From Chthoniobacterales bacterium (lineage in GTDB: Bacteria > Verrucomicrobiota > Verrucomicrobiia > Chthoniobacterales > Chthoniobacteraceae): a stretch of DNA of 64,000 bases. The stretch covers positions 96,001 through 160,000 of the forward strand of contig JBBQZX010000003.1 in the NCBI GenBank assembly GCA_038207335.1, given 5' to 3'. Shown piece by piece: positions 1 through 9,338 of the stretch. Made by a program: the position numbers and the translations under genes. The first letter of the stretch is position 1, and the number at the start of each line of letters is the position of its first letter. The notes beneath the pieces were generated by a model that saw nothing but the letters and a program-made list of their open reading frames with translations, did no database searches and had not been told where the DNA came from.

Positions 1-1
1 G

Positions 2-784
2 CACACTTCCGGGCTCGGCGAGGCGGGCGTGGCCGATGCGAAAAAGGCGCACACGCTCGCCGATCTCGTGCCGCTCTGGCTCGCCGCGCCGATGCAATAT
101 GAGCCGGGTGAAAAGTGGAAATACACGCAGAGTGGGATCAATGCGACGGCGCGGATCGTGGAGGTGGTGAGCGGGAAGACCTTCGACGCGTTTTTGCAGG
201 AGCGGCTTTTCGAGCCGCTCGGGATGAAGGACACGACGTTTTATCCGACCGATGCGCAGCGCGCGCGGCTGGTCACGGCTTACGCGAAAAACAAGGAGAC
301 GGGCGCGCTGGAGCCCGTGCCGCCGCGCGATGACTTCGGCACGAAGGATCGTCCGCCGCAGGGGAATGGCGGGCTCTTTTCAACCGCGCCCGACTACTCG
401 CGCTTCTGCCAGATGCTCCTCGGCGGCGGCTCGTACGGCGGACGGAAATATCTGAGCGCGCAGGCAATGAAGTATTTCACGCAGCCGCAGACGGGCGATT
501 TGCCAACGGGTTTTTTTCAGGGTGGCGTGTTTGGGAATCACGGCGCGAATTACGGGTGGGGCATCGGCACGAGCATCCTGCGCACGCCGCATGAAGGAGT
601 CGCTGCGATGCTGTCGCCGGGGAGCTTCGGCCACGGCGGCGCGTGGGGCACGCAGGCGTGGGTCGATCCGGCGAAAGGCGTGGCCTACGTGCTGATGATT
701 CAGCGGTCGAACCTGCCGAACAGCGACGCAAGCGACATTCGGCGGGCCTTTCAGCAAGCAGCCTCAGACGCTCTGCCGAAGTAG
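2..784 (+). CDS. Serine hydrolase, beta-lactamase/PBP class C family (5' truncated by window edge)
   Basis: Frame opens with HTSGL; PGEKWKY, LFEPLGMKDT, GGLFST..DY.RF and FGHGG motifs. Confidence 0.85.
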   Translation, partial: HTSGLGEAGVADAKKAHTLADLVPLWLAAPMQYEPGEKWKYTQSGINATARIVEVVSGKTFDAFLQERLFEPLGMKDTTFYPTDAQRARLVTAYAKNKETGALEPVPPRDDFGTKDRPPQGNGGLFSTAPDYSRFCQMLLGGGSYGGRKYLSAQAMKYFTQPQTGDLPTGFFQGGVFGNHGANYGWGIGTSILRTPHEGVAAMLSPGSFGHGGAWGTQAWVDPAKGVAYVLMIQRSNLPNSDASDIRRAFQQAASDALPK

Positions 785-1609
785 TCCCGCGTCATCGACG
801 GCTGAGATCGTGCGGGCGGCTTGGACTGCGGCGCGGACGTTGTGGACACGGAAAATGTGCGCGCCGTGCTGCATTCCGTGGACGAGGCACGCGATCGTGC
901 CAGCGTCGCGCGCGGCGGGGTTGGGGATCGAGAGGACTTCGCCGATGACGGTTTTGCGCGAGACGGGCAGGAGGATCGGGCGGTCGTGCCTTTTCAGGCA
1001 GGCGAGTTCGCGGTAGATGCGGAGGTTGTCCGCGCGCTGTTTTGCGAAGTCGATGCCGGGGTCGAGGATGATCGCGTCCCGGGAGAGGCCGGCGCTTTCC
1101 GCGAGAGCGATTTTCTCGGAGTAAAAAGCGTCGAGCCGCGCCATGACGTTGTCGTAGCCGACGTGCGTGTGCGGGACTTTCGGCGCGCCGATGCTGTGCA
1201 TGATGAGGAGCGCGGCGCCCGTCTCGGCGCAGATGCGCGCGTTGTCGGCGGTGGGCAGCGCGCCGATGTCGTTGAGGATTTCGCCGCCGATGGCGAGGAC
1301 GGCGCGGGCGACGGCGGGGCGCCAGGTATTGATCGAGAGCAACGCGGGCTCGCGCCACCTTTCCACGAACGCGCAAAACCGGTCGATTTCCTCCTGCACG
1401 CCGATCGGCTCGCGATTCGTCCGCGCACTCTCCGCGCCGATGTCGATGATCTCCGCGCCATCGGCGATGAACCCGCGCGCCTTTGTCAGGGCCGATTCCG
1501 CGTCGGTGATCCCGTCGCCGGAAAAGGAGTCCGGCGACAAATTCACGATGCCCATAACGAGCGGCGCGCGCGGAAACTCGATCACGCGCCCGCGGGCGAG
1601 GAGCCTCAT
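764..1609 (-). CDS. folP: Dihydropteroate synthase
   Basis: MGIVNLSPDSFSG, IDIGAESAR, IILDPGIDFAK, SRK and IFRVHNV motifs. Confidence 0.93.
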   Translation of the reverse strand: MRLLARGRVIEFPRAPLVMGIVNLSPDSFSGDGITDAESALTKARGFIADGAEIIDIGAESARTNREPIGVQEEIDRFCAFVERWREPALLSINTWRPAVARAVLAIGGEILNDIGALPTADNARICAETGAALLIMHSIGAPKVPHTHVGYDNVMARLDAFYSEKIALAESAGLSRDAIILDPGIDFAKQRADNLRIYRELACLKRHDRPILLPVSRKTVIGEVLSIPNPAARDAGTIACLVHGMQHGAHIFRVHNVRAAVQAARTISAVDDAGLLRQSV

Positions 1610-2400
1610 CGCAGCGGCGCGAACGTCCGGCTGCGGCGCTCGTAACGGGCGACTTCCATGTAGCCGACTGCGCGAGCGAGGGTCTCGGCTTCGTCGAAGC
1701 CGGCGGTGAGTTCGGTGACGGCGTGGGCGTCAGAGTTGATGAGCAGCGGGATGTTTGCGGCGTGGGCGAGTTGGAGGAAATCGGGCGCGGGGTAGAGTTC
1801 GCGGCAGTCTTTGCGCAAGCCGGCGGTGTTGATCTCAAACGCGAGCCCAGTGTCCGCAAGCGCGGCGATGGCGGGTTCGTAAAATCGGCGCAGGTTGCCG
1901 CTCGCGCGGTATCCGAACTTTTTCGGCAAGTCGGGATGCGCGACGAAATCGAAGAGCCCGCTGCGGATGCACTGCTCGTAGCGCTGCCAGTAGCTCACCC
2001 AGATTTCATCCGCCGCGCCGGCGTGGCGGCCAATGTATTTCGGGTGATCGACCTCCCAGCCCTGCGGCAGGTAGTGGACGCTTCCGATGAGGAAATCCCA
2101 CGGTGCCATGCCAGCGAGCTTTTCGATCCATGCCTCTCCACCGGGGAGAAAATCGCACTCGAGCCCGAGCCGCATTTTGAGCTGCGGAAACTGAGCGCGC
2201 GCCTCCTCGACGGCGTCGAGATAACGCGGCAGGTCTTCGATTTTCATCCGCCAATCGTCGAACGGCTCGGCCATCGGATTGTGATCCGCGAAGCCGATTT
2301 CCTCCATGCCCAGCTCGACGGCGCGTGCGGCGAATTCCACCGGCCAGCCGGTCGCGTGTAGGCAGAGCGGCGTGTGAACGTGGTAGTCCGCGCGGCTCAG
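1606..2400 (-). CDS. Histidinol-phosphatase HisJ family (PHP domain); start extended to CTG at 2400
   Basis: DYHVHTPLCLHATG lies upstream of the ORF-track start at 2340; also FADHNP, GLECDF, IGSVHY, AHPDL, EINTAGL and SDAH. Confidence 0.85.
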   Translation of the reverse strand: MSRADYHVHTPLCLHATGWPVEFAARAVELGMEEIGFADHNPMAEPFDDWRMKIEDLPRYLDAVEEARAQFPQLKMRLGLECDFLPGGEAWIEKLAGMAPWDFLIGSVHYLPQGWEVDHPKYIGRHAGAADEIWVSYWQRYEQCIRSGLFDFVAHPDLPKKFGYRASGNLRRFYEPAIAALADTGLAFEINTAGLRKDCRELYPAPDFLQLAHAANIPLLINSDAHAVTELTAGFDEAETLARAVGYMEVARYERRSRTFAPLR

Positions 2401-3698
2401 AATTCCTCCTGCAACTGATCGAGATATTTCGCGATGGGGTCGTCGCGCCGGATTCGCGCCTCCTGCTCGGAGATTTCATTCGCGGCCTTTAGGAAGCTGT
2501 CGAACGCGTCGCTGCGCATGCCCATTTGCGTGGCCTCATACCAGTTCAAGTAATCGCCGATCGCGCTCATCCGGCGCAGCGTGCCTTCGCGATATCGAGC
2601 GACCTCATCGAGCATCTCGGCGACGCCGCGAGTCTTCCCGCGCGTGAGCAGTGCGGTGATGCGTTCGTATTCGGCGAGCACCGGGCTGTAGAGCGCATTG
2701 GCGCGCGCGCTGAGCGCGATGACCGCCGCGTGGAGCGTGCTCATTGCGGCTTTGTTGCCGGGCAGCTTCACGAAGTCTGGGAACTGCTCGAGGGTGAATG
2801 TCTCCTTTTTTCCGGCCTTGTCGGTGACGACTTCAAACTGCAGCAGCGCCTGGACCGCCTTGTCGGTGTCGGCGGCGGTGAGGCCCTTGTAGCGGTCGGC
2901 GGCGGAGAAATGCGCGACGTTCAGCGTCCACCATTTCTGCAAGCCGTTGGCGGAGGTGGCGAGGCCGGGAAAGTCTCTTGCCAGCGCGCGCAGCGGATCG
3001 TCGTGCAAGTCGGGCCAGTGGCGGACGAGGCGCCCGAGGTTCGCGCGGCCATTTGGCTGCTCGACCAAAAGCTGCACGAGGCACATCGCGCACGCGGCAT
3101 CCATGGCGCGCGCGGTCGCGCCGAGGTCGTCGTCCTTCAGTGTGAGAAAATCGGTGATCGGCGGGAGGCGGTTGCTCTGGACCATCGCCTGATAGACTTC
3201 CGGCGCGACGCCGAGATCGCGCTGGCCGAAGATTTGCAGAGCGCCCTCGATCAACCACCGCGGAGCCTCCACGTAGGTTTCGCCGCCTTTTACTTTTGCC
3301 CGGTCGCGATATTCGATTTCGAGGAGGACGGCGCGGACGATTTGTTTTTGAAGATGGATCTCCTTCGGGTCGTCGCCGATCTGCGCCTCGATTTGCACGC
3401 TTGGCCCATCGGGCGTCTCGAACATTCGCACCGTGACGGGAGTCGATTTCGGAGACGCCGCGCGTGCGAGTGAAATGATGATGGGCGCTTTCCAGCGGTC
3501 GCCCTCGCCGAGCAGCGAGAGCACCTGATCTTTGACCTCCTCGGCGAAACCGGTGACGCGTCCGCGCAGCGTCGCATCGTCGCAGTAGATGATGAATTGC
3601 TTCGAACTGCTGATGCTGCGCGCGGGCAAGTCCGCCGCCTCCGCTCGCCCCAGCGCTGTGAGGATCACAGCGAAAAGCAAGAGGCTGCGCGGGCTCAT
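2397..3698 (-). CDS. Secreted hypothetical protein, weak peptidase-MA-like signature
   Basis: Signal peptide MSPRSLLLFAVILTALGRAEA; ATGA overlap with upstream gene; PRWLIEG motif. Confidence 0.7.
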   Translation of the reverse strand: MSPRSLLLFAVILTALGRAEAADLPARSISSSKQFIIYCDDATLRGRVTGFAEEVKDQVLSLLGEGDRWKAPIIISLARAASPKSTPVTVRMFETPDGPSVQIEAQIGDDPKEIHLQKQIVRAVLLEIEYRDRAKVKGGETYVEAPRWLIEGALQIFGQRDLGVAPEVYQAMVQSNRLPPITDFLTLKDDDLGATARAMDAACAMCLVQLLVEQPNGRANLGRLVRHWPDLHDDPLRALARDFPGLATSANGLQKWWTLNVAHFSAADRYKGLTAADTDKAVQALLQFEVVTDKAGKKETFTLEQFPDFVKLPGNKAAMSTLHAAVIALSARANALYSPVLAEYERITALLTRGKTRGVAEMLDEVARYREGTLRRMSAIGDYLNWYEATQMGMRSDAFDSFLKAANEISEQEARIRRDDPIAKYLDQLQEEF

Positions 3699-4459
3699 TT
3701 TGTCGCCTTGGTCACGAGCATGATGCGCCCGGTGTCGATCGCCACGGCTTGCAGCTTCTGCATTTGCTCGTGCTCGCGTTTCAGCGCCACCCACAGTTTT
3801 TTAAAAGCGAAATCGGCGAGGCCCATGAGTGCCGGGTGGATGGCGACGCGCCCGAAATTGCCACCGGTCTGAGTTGCGGTGAAGACGCCGCCTTTCACCG
3901 CCAGCTTGTAGTCGATGCCAGAGTAAAGTGAGAAACCCCAGATCGATTGCTCGATGCCGATGTGGCAGATGCCGGGCTTCAGCCGCGCGTAGGCACGCTC
4001 AAATGAAACGCCGGGAAGCGAGCCACCGCCTGCCTTCGCATGCACTGCGGAGCGCAGGTGCGCGTTCACTTCGTCCTCGGTGAAAATCAGCCTTTGCGCC
4101 TGCCCGGACTCGAGCGCGGTCTGAATTTCGCTTGAGAGGATGCGCGCACCCGGCTCGGCGTCCTTCGGCGGGACATCGTCCGGAGGGCGGACAAGCAAAA
4201 GAAGCAGCGCGACAATCGCCGCCCATAGCAGTGTATTCGCCAGCGCCTTCGCCTCCCGAACGACTACGCTCTCGCCGGGATTGGTCATTTTCTTGACCCG
4301 TTTGCGCGTCTTCTCGATCGACTCCTTGGCCTTCGAGTCGTCCTCGACCGGCAGCAGCGAGCGGTCGAGTTTCGCCCCGCAATTGTGGCAATAGACGCGT
4401 TCCGCTTCGTTGACATAGCCGCATTGGGGGCAGGTGAGGCTCGGGGTCGTGGTTGCCAT
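3695..4459 (-). CDS. Zinc-ribbon membrane protein
   Basis: CPQCG...YCHNCG double CxxC followed by one TM segment (LLWAAIVALLLLLV). Confidence 0.75.
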   Translation of the reverse strand: MATTTPSLTCPQCGYVNEAERVYCHNCGAKLDRSLLPVEDDSKAKESIEKTRKRVKKMTNPGESVVVREAKALANTLLWAAIVALLLLLVRPPDDVPPKDAEPGARILSSEIQTALESGQAQRLIFTEDEVNAHLRSAVHAKAGGGSLPGVSFERAYARLKPGICHIGIEQSIWGFSLYSGIDYKLAVKGGVFTATQTGGNFGRVAIHPALMGLADFAFKKLWVALKREHEQMQKLQAVAIDTGRIMLVTKATK

Positions 4460-4460
4460 T

Positions 4461-4799
4461 TCAGTCCTTCTTTTTTGCCTTTGGTTTCTCGGTTGCTGCC
4501 GGCTTGCTTTCGGTTTTTGCCGCCGCTTTCGTCTCGGTTTTAGCCGGTTCGCTGGAGGCGGGGACATCCTTTCTCGATGCCGTCTTGTATCCTTCGCTGC
4601 GGTAATCGGTGATGTAAAATCCCGAGCCCTTGAAGATGAGCCCCGCGCCCGCGCCGATCTGCCGTTTCACCTTTCCCTTGCCCCAGGATTTCATCTGGCA
4701 GTGGTCTTTTGGGCAAGTCGTGAGCGTGTCGTCTTTCATCGACTGGACGATCTCGAACCCCTTTTTGCACTTCTCGCACTGGTACTCGTAGGTAGGCAT
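4461..4799 (-). CDS. FmdB-family zinc-ribbon regulatory protein
   Basis: MPTYEYQCEKC...FE..QSM...TCP and LIFKGSGFYITDY; Lys/Ala-rich tail. Confidence 0.88.
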   Translation of the reverse strand: MPTYEYQCEKCKKGFEIVQSMKDDTLTTCPKDHCQMKSWGKGKVKRQIGAGAGLIFKGSGFYITDYRSEGYKTASRKDVPASSEPAKTETKAAAKTESKPAATEKPKAKKKD

Positions 4800-4868
4800 T
4801 CGGCGGAATTTTGAGAATTGAGGGAAGCGGCTTGCGTTCCGTCTGGAATTAAGAATTCAAAATTGTGC

Positions 4869-7214
4869 TCACGGCACGACTTCGAGTTCTGCGCGCTTCA
4901 CTTCGGTGCGGAGGTTTTGGCCTTTCCGACCGCTCCACCAGAGGACGACGGGCGAGGCGATGAAGATCGAGGAGTAGGTGCCGACGCAGACGCCAATGAG
5001 GATCGCGAATGCGAAGTCGTGGAGCACGGGGCCACCGAAGAAAAACAGCGCCGCGACGGAGAGCAGCGTGCAGCCGGAGGTGAGCAGCGTGCGGCTCAGA
5101 GTCTCGTTGATTGAGGCGTTCATGATCGCCTGAACGGAGCCGCGACGCCCGCTGTGGAGACCTTCGCGGATGCGGTCATAGACGACGATCGTGTCATTGA
5201 TCGAGTAGCCGGCGATCGTGAGGATCGCGCCGACCATGACGAGTGAGAGTTCGCGGCCGAAGAGGGCGAAAATGCCGACGGTGATGAGGACATCATGCAC
5301 CAGCGCGACGAGCGCGCCGACGGCGAAGGAGAACTCGAAGCGGATGGAGACGAAAATCAAAATACCGAGCGCGCCGAGGCCGAGTGCGAGAAGCGAACTC
5401 TTCGCCAATTCGCCGCCGACAATCTTGCCGACGTGATCTTTCTGATGCTGCACGAAGTGCGCGTTCGGCATCGCTTTCTCGAGTTGCTTTTCCACGGGTT
5501 CCGCGGTGCCTTCCGGGCTGCGGATGCTGATGTAGGTCTTGTCGATCGTGGTCTCTTTTTGAATGACCGCGTCGCCGAGGTTGATCGCCTTCAGCGCGTC
5601 GCGCACCTCGGATTCGTTCACCGTGCTGTCGGCTTGCAGCATCAGCATGTCACCGCCTTTGAAATCAATGCCGAAGTTCTTCTCACCCCGGACGACGAAG
5701 AACGCCATGCTGACGGCGATGACAGAGAGGGAGATCGTGATCCAAAGTTTGCGCCGACCGAGGAAATCGAAGCCCTGGCCGGAGATCAGGTGGAGCATCG
5801 TGATCTTTTTCAAGAACCCGATTTTCAACGCCCACGAAAAGAGGATGCGGGTGACGACCATCGCGGAAAACACCGATGCGATGATACCGACAGTGAGCGT
5901 GACGGCGAAACCCTTGACCGGCCCAGTCGCGAGCCAGAAGAGGATCGCGGCCGTGATGAGCGTCGTGGCGTTTGCGTCGAAAATGACGCTGAAAGCTTTG
6001 TTGTAGGCGGCGTCGAGCGAGGCGCTGAGCGATTTGCCGGCGGCCATTTCCTCGCGCAGACGCTCGTAGATGAGCACGTTTGCATCGACCGCGAGGCCGA
6101 TGGTCAGGATGACGCCAGCGATGCCGGGGAGGGTGAGGACGAAGTTGAACATCGCCATCGCGCCGAAGAGCAGGACGATGTTCACGACGAGCGCGGCGAC
6201 CGCAACGAGCCCGGCGAAGTGGTAGTAGATGACGACGAAGATGAGAACGAACACGAGGCCGCCGATGCCCGCGGTGATGCCGCTAGTGATCGCGTCGCTG
6301 CCGAGCGTCGAGGAGGCGCTGCGCTCTTCCTCAATCGCGACGGGAGTTTGAAGCGGATTTTGCAGCGCGCTGGCGAGGGCGCGGGCCTCTTTTTCGGCCA
6401 TGTTGCCGCCGCTGATTTGCGCGCTGCCGCCCCAGATCGCGCCGTGCTCGACGCCGGGCGCGGACTGCACTTTGCCGTCGAGGAGGATCGCCATCTGCGA
6501 TTTTTCCTCGAAGACCTGCTGCGTGAGCTCGCCGAATTTCTGACCGCCGGTCGAGTCGAAGGTGAGACTCACGCCCCAGCCGCGCGTGTCGAAAAATGCG
6601 TGCGCCTGGGTGACGTGTTCGCCGGAGAGCTGCGATTTCTTTTGCACCAAAATTGAGCGCTCGATGTGCTCGCCGCCGCGCTCGATATCCATCGGCAGGA
6701 CGGTGTAGCCGGGCGGGATGACTTCGGTGCCGGCCTCGATGCCTGGGAGGAGCTGCGCGCTGCGAGCGTTGACGAGGTGAAACTCGAGCTTCGCGACTTT
6801 CTTGAGCTGCTCCCGCGCATCGACGATTTTCGCCGGATCGAGCCCGGGGATTTGCACCAGAATCCGGTCGGTGCTCTGCGGTGTAATGATCGGCTCGCTG
6901 ACGCCGAACTGATCGACGCGCTTGCGGATCGCCTCCATCGCCTGATCGACCATGTCCTTCGTGATGTCCTTCTTTTTGCCATCTTCGCCCGCTGGTGGAT
7001 CGAGGCGGATGAGGAAGGAGGTGCCGCCCTGCAGGTCGAGGCCGAGATGGATTTTGTCTTTCGGCGGCGTGATCGCTTGAATGCAAAACGCGACGAGGAG
7101 GACGGTGACGATGGAGCCGAGCACGCGCTTGGCGCGCTCGCTGTCGGTGAAAAGATACCAGCCGAACAGGACGAGCAGGAGCAGCCCGAAGAGGAAAGTC
7201 AGGATTGGAGACAT
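4869..7214 (-). CDS. secDF: Fused protein translocase subunit SecDF
   Basis: LGLDLQGG, RVDQFGVSEP, AVDANVLIYERLREE, GIDFKGG and GYSINDTIVVYDRIRE. Confidence 0.96.
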   Translation of the reverse strand: MSPILTFLFGLLLLVLFGWYLFTDSERAKRVLGSIVTVLLVAFCIQAITPPKDKIHLGLDLQGGTSFLIRLDPPAGEDGKKKDITKDMVDQAMEAIRKRVDQFGVSEPIITPQSTDRILVQIPGLDPAKIVDAREQLKKVAKLEFHLVNARSAQLLPGIEAGTEVIPPGYTVLPMDIERGGEHIERSILVQKKSQLSGEHVTQAHAFFDTRGWGVSLTFDSTGGQKFGELTQQVFEEKSQMAILLDGKVQSAPGVEHGAIWGGSAQISGGNMAEKEARALASALQNPLQTPVAIEEERSASSTLGSDAITSGITAGIGGLVFVLIFVVIYYHFAGLVAVAALVVNIVLLFGAMAMFNFVLTLPGIAGVILTIGLAVDANVLIYERLREEMAAGKSLSASLDAAYNKAFSVIFDANATTLITAAILFWLATGPVKGFAVTLTVGIIASVFSAMVVTRILFSWALKIGFLKKITMLHLISGQGFDFLGRRKLWITISLSVIAVSMAFFVVRGEKNFGIDFKGGDMLMLQADSTVNESEVRDALKAINLGDAVIQKETTIDKTYISIRSPEGTAEPVEKQLEKAMPNAHFVQHQKDHVGKIVGGELAKSSLLALGLGALGILIFVSIRFEFSFAVGALVALVHDVLITVGIFALFGRELSLVMVGAILTIAGYSINDTIVVYDRIREGLHSGRRGSVQAIMNASINETLSRTLLTSGCTLLSVAALFFFGGPVLHDFAFAILIGVCVGTYSSIFIASPVVLWWSGRKGQNLRTEVKRAELEVVP

Positions 7215-7224
7215 GGCGTGCGGA

Positions 7225-7578
7225 TTAAGACTGGACGGCCACTTCCGAGGACTCCGACGCGGATTTCACGATGGTCGCGACGGACGATTTCTCGATCTCG
7301 ATTTTCACGTTGTCCGCGATTTTTAAGATGAAGGTGCTCTCCTTGACGTTCGAGATCATGCCGTGGATGCCGCTGCCGGTGATGACTTTGTCGCCGGTCT
7401 TCGTGGCGGAGATTTGCGCGGCGAGCTTCTTCGCTTTCATCTGCTGCGGGCGGATCGAGATGAGGTAGATTAGCACGAAGGCGAAGATCATATAGACGAT
7501 CATCGTCATGCCGGGTTCGGGGCCTTTTGCCACGGGTGCGGCGTCGGCGAGGAGTGAGAGGAGTGAAGGCGAAATCAT
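7225..7578 (-). CDS. yajC: Preprotein translocase subunit YajC
   Basis: TM segment then IRPQQ...GDKVITGSGIHG; directly upstream of secDF. Confidence 0.93.
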   Translation of the reverse strand: MISPSLLSLLADAAPVAKGPEPGMTMIVYMIFAFVLIYLISIRPQQMKAKKLAAQISATKTGDKVITGSGIHGMISNVKESTFILKIADNVKIEIEKSSVATIVKSASESSEVAVQS

Positions 7579-7689
7579 GCGGCGAAGTGTGACCCGGAAC
7601 GCCAGCGAGAATCGACCCGCCGGAAATTTGGGATCGGCACGTTATTTAGAGGCGGGGCTTTGTCCAAGGATTTCTCCCTACGCGGCAGC

Positions 7690-8292
7690 TCACGATGCAT
7701 CGGCCAGCACCCGCCCCTCCAGCACGGCGCGAGTGAGCGAGAGCCAAATGATGCCTCCGGTGCGACGCATTTTGATGACCTGACAAAGCTGGAGCGCGAA
7801 GACGATATTGCGTCGCGCCGTGCGGTCGGGGATTTCGACCGGGAGGCTGGGCAGCGGCAGACGCTCCTCGTCGCGGAGCCTTTCGATGAGCCACGCGGCG
7901 AGTTCGAGTTCGTGCTCGGTGAGACGCTGCCAGGCGGACAGATTTCCCCAGATCGCCAGTGTCGCGCGCGGCACGGCGAGCAGCAAGTCGGCGGCGAGTT
8001 CGGCGGCGGATTTTTCGTCGCGCGGAATTTCGTCAGGGTAAAGTGCGCGAGCGATCCAGCTCACGAGCACGAGCAGCGCGGCGGAGTAAATGAAGAGCGC
8101 GGGAAAGGTGTCCGGCGGATGCGCGTCGAGACCGCGCACGGCACTGATAAAAAGCAGGGTGATCCAATATACGATCGCGTAACTGACGAACCAAAGCCCC
8201 GCCGCGACGAAAAGCGTGAGCGCGACGAAAAACGCAACGCGGCGATTGTGCCGTGCGAGGTGCTCGCGCAGCGCGGCAGCGGTGGGGCTCAC
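7690..8292 (-). CDS. Hypothetical membrane protein
   Basis: GTG start overlapping larE stop (GTGA); 2-3 hydrophobic segments. Confidence 0.65.
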   Translation of the reverse strand: MSPTAAALREHLARHNRRVAFFVALTLFVAAGLWFVSYAIVYWITLLFISAVRGLDAHPPDTFPALFIYSAALLVLVSWIARALYPDEIPRDEKSAAELAADLLLAVPRATLAIWGNLSAWQRLTEHELELAAWLIERLRDEERLPLPSLPVEIPDRTARRNIVFALQLCQVIKMRRTGGIIWLSLTRAVLEGRVLADAS

Positions 8293-9092
8293 GCCGCGGA
8301 ACGGTAACCGTCGGGGTCGATCTCCACTGCGGCGTATCCGACGGCGCGGAGGCCGCCTTCGAGCGCGGGCTGCGTTTCCGCGAGCCGGGGCATTTCTTCG
8401 GGGGCGATTTGGACGCGGGCGAGGGGAGCGGTGCCGGGTTGCGCGATGTGGCGCACGCGGAAAACTTGGAAGCCGAGCGAGCGCACGAATTCCTCGCCGC
8501 GCTCGACCATCGCGAGAGCATCGAGCGTGACGGGCGTGCCGTGCGGGATGCGCGAGCTGAGGCACGGCTGCGCGGGCGCGTCGGCAGTGGGGAGGCCGAG
8601 TTCGCGCGAGAGTTCACGGATTTCGGATTTTGAAAGTCCCGCGTCCTTGAGCGGCGCGACGACCGCAAACTCTGCTGCCGCCTGCCTTCCCGGGCGGATG
8701 GCTCGCGCGTCGTCGGCATTTTCACCATACGCGATCGCCCCGAAGCCGCGCTCCAGCGCGAGTGCGTCGAGCTTCGCGAAAAGCTCGGCTTTGCAAAAAT
8801 AGCAGCGGTTGATCGGGTTGCTCGCGTAGTCGGGATTTTCCATCTCGACGGTGCGCACGACCTCGACCGGCGCGCCGATTTTCTCCGCGAGCGCGAGCGC
8901 ATCGGCGAGCGCTTTGCGCGGGAGGCTCGGGCTGTCGGCGATGACGCCGAGCATCCGGTTGCCGAGCGTGCGGTGCGCTTCGGCCAGCAGATATGCGCTG
9001 TCCACGCCGCCGCTGTAGGCGATGAGCACAGGCGTCCGCGCTTGCAAAAGCTCCGTGAGGCGCGTGCGCTTCTGCGCGGTTTCGTCGTTCAT
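8289..9092 (-). CDS. larE: ATP-dependent sulfur transferase LarE family
   Basis: PP-loop AYSGGVDS, NRCYFCK, RPG..AA.E and PAQPCLSSRIP. Confidence 0.9.
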   Translation of the reverse strand: MNDETAQKRTRLTELLQARTPVLIAYSGGVDSAYLLAEAHRTLGNRMLGVIADSPSLPRKALADALALAEKIGAPVEVVRTVEMENPDYASNPINRCYFCKAELFAKLDALALERGFGAIAYGENADDARAIRPGRQAAAEFAVVAPLKDAGLSKSEIRELSRELGLPTADAPAQPCLSSRIPHGTPVTLDALAMVERGEEFVRSLGFQVFRVRHIAQPGTAPLARVQIAPEEMPRLAETQPALEGGLRAVGYAAVEIDPDGYRSAA

Positions 9093-9137
9093 TTGAGAAA
9101 GCTAAACGCGCCCCGCCCGGCTTGCACGCACGGGTCG

Positions 9138-9323
9138 TCAGTGCTTGTGCGCCTGCTGCGAACGATGCTGAGCGCGCGCCAAGTTCTGCTTGGCGATCTC
9201 GCCTTTGCTTTTCCCATGCGCGCCGCCGCCCCCTCCGCCACCGCCACCGCCGCCCTGATCGGGCGTTTCATCGCAGCTTGAGAGCGCGAAGAGGGGCAAA
9301 ATTGCGAGCAGTGCGAGTCGCAT
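9138..9323 (-). CDS. Small lipoprotein with poly-Gly tract
   Basis: Lipobox LSSC after a hydrophobic stretch; 11 consecutive Gly; basic C-terminus. Confidence 0.6.
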   Translation of the reverse strand: MRLALLAILPLFALSSCDETPDQGGGGGGGGGGGAHGKSKGEIAKQNLARAQHRSQQAHKH

Positions 9324-9338
9324 CGGGAGCCCGATTTT

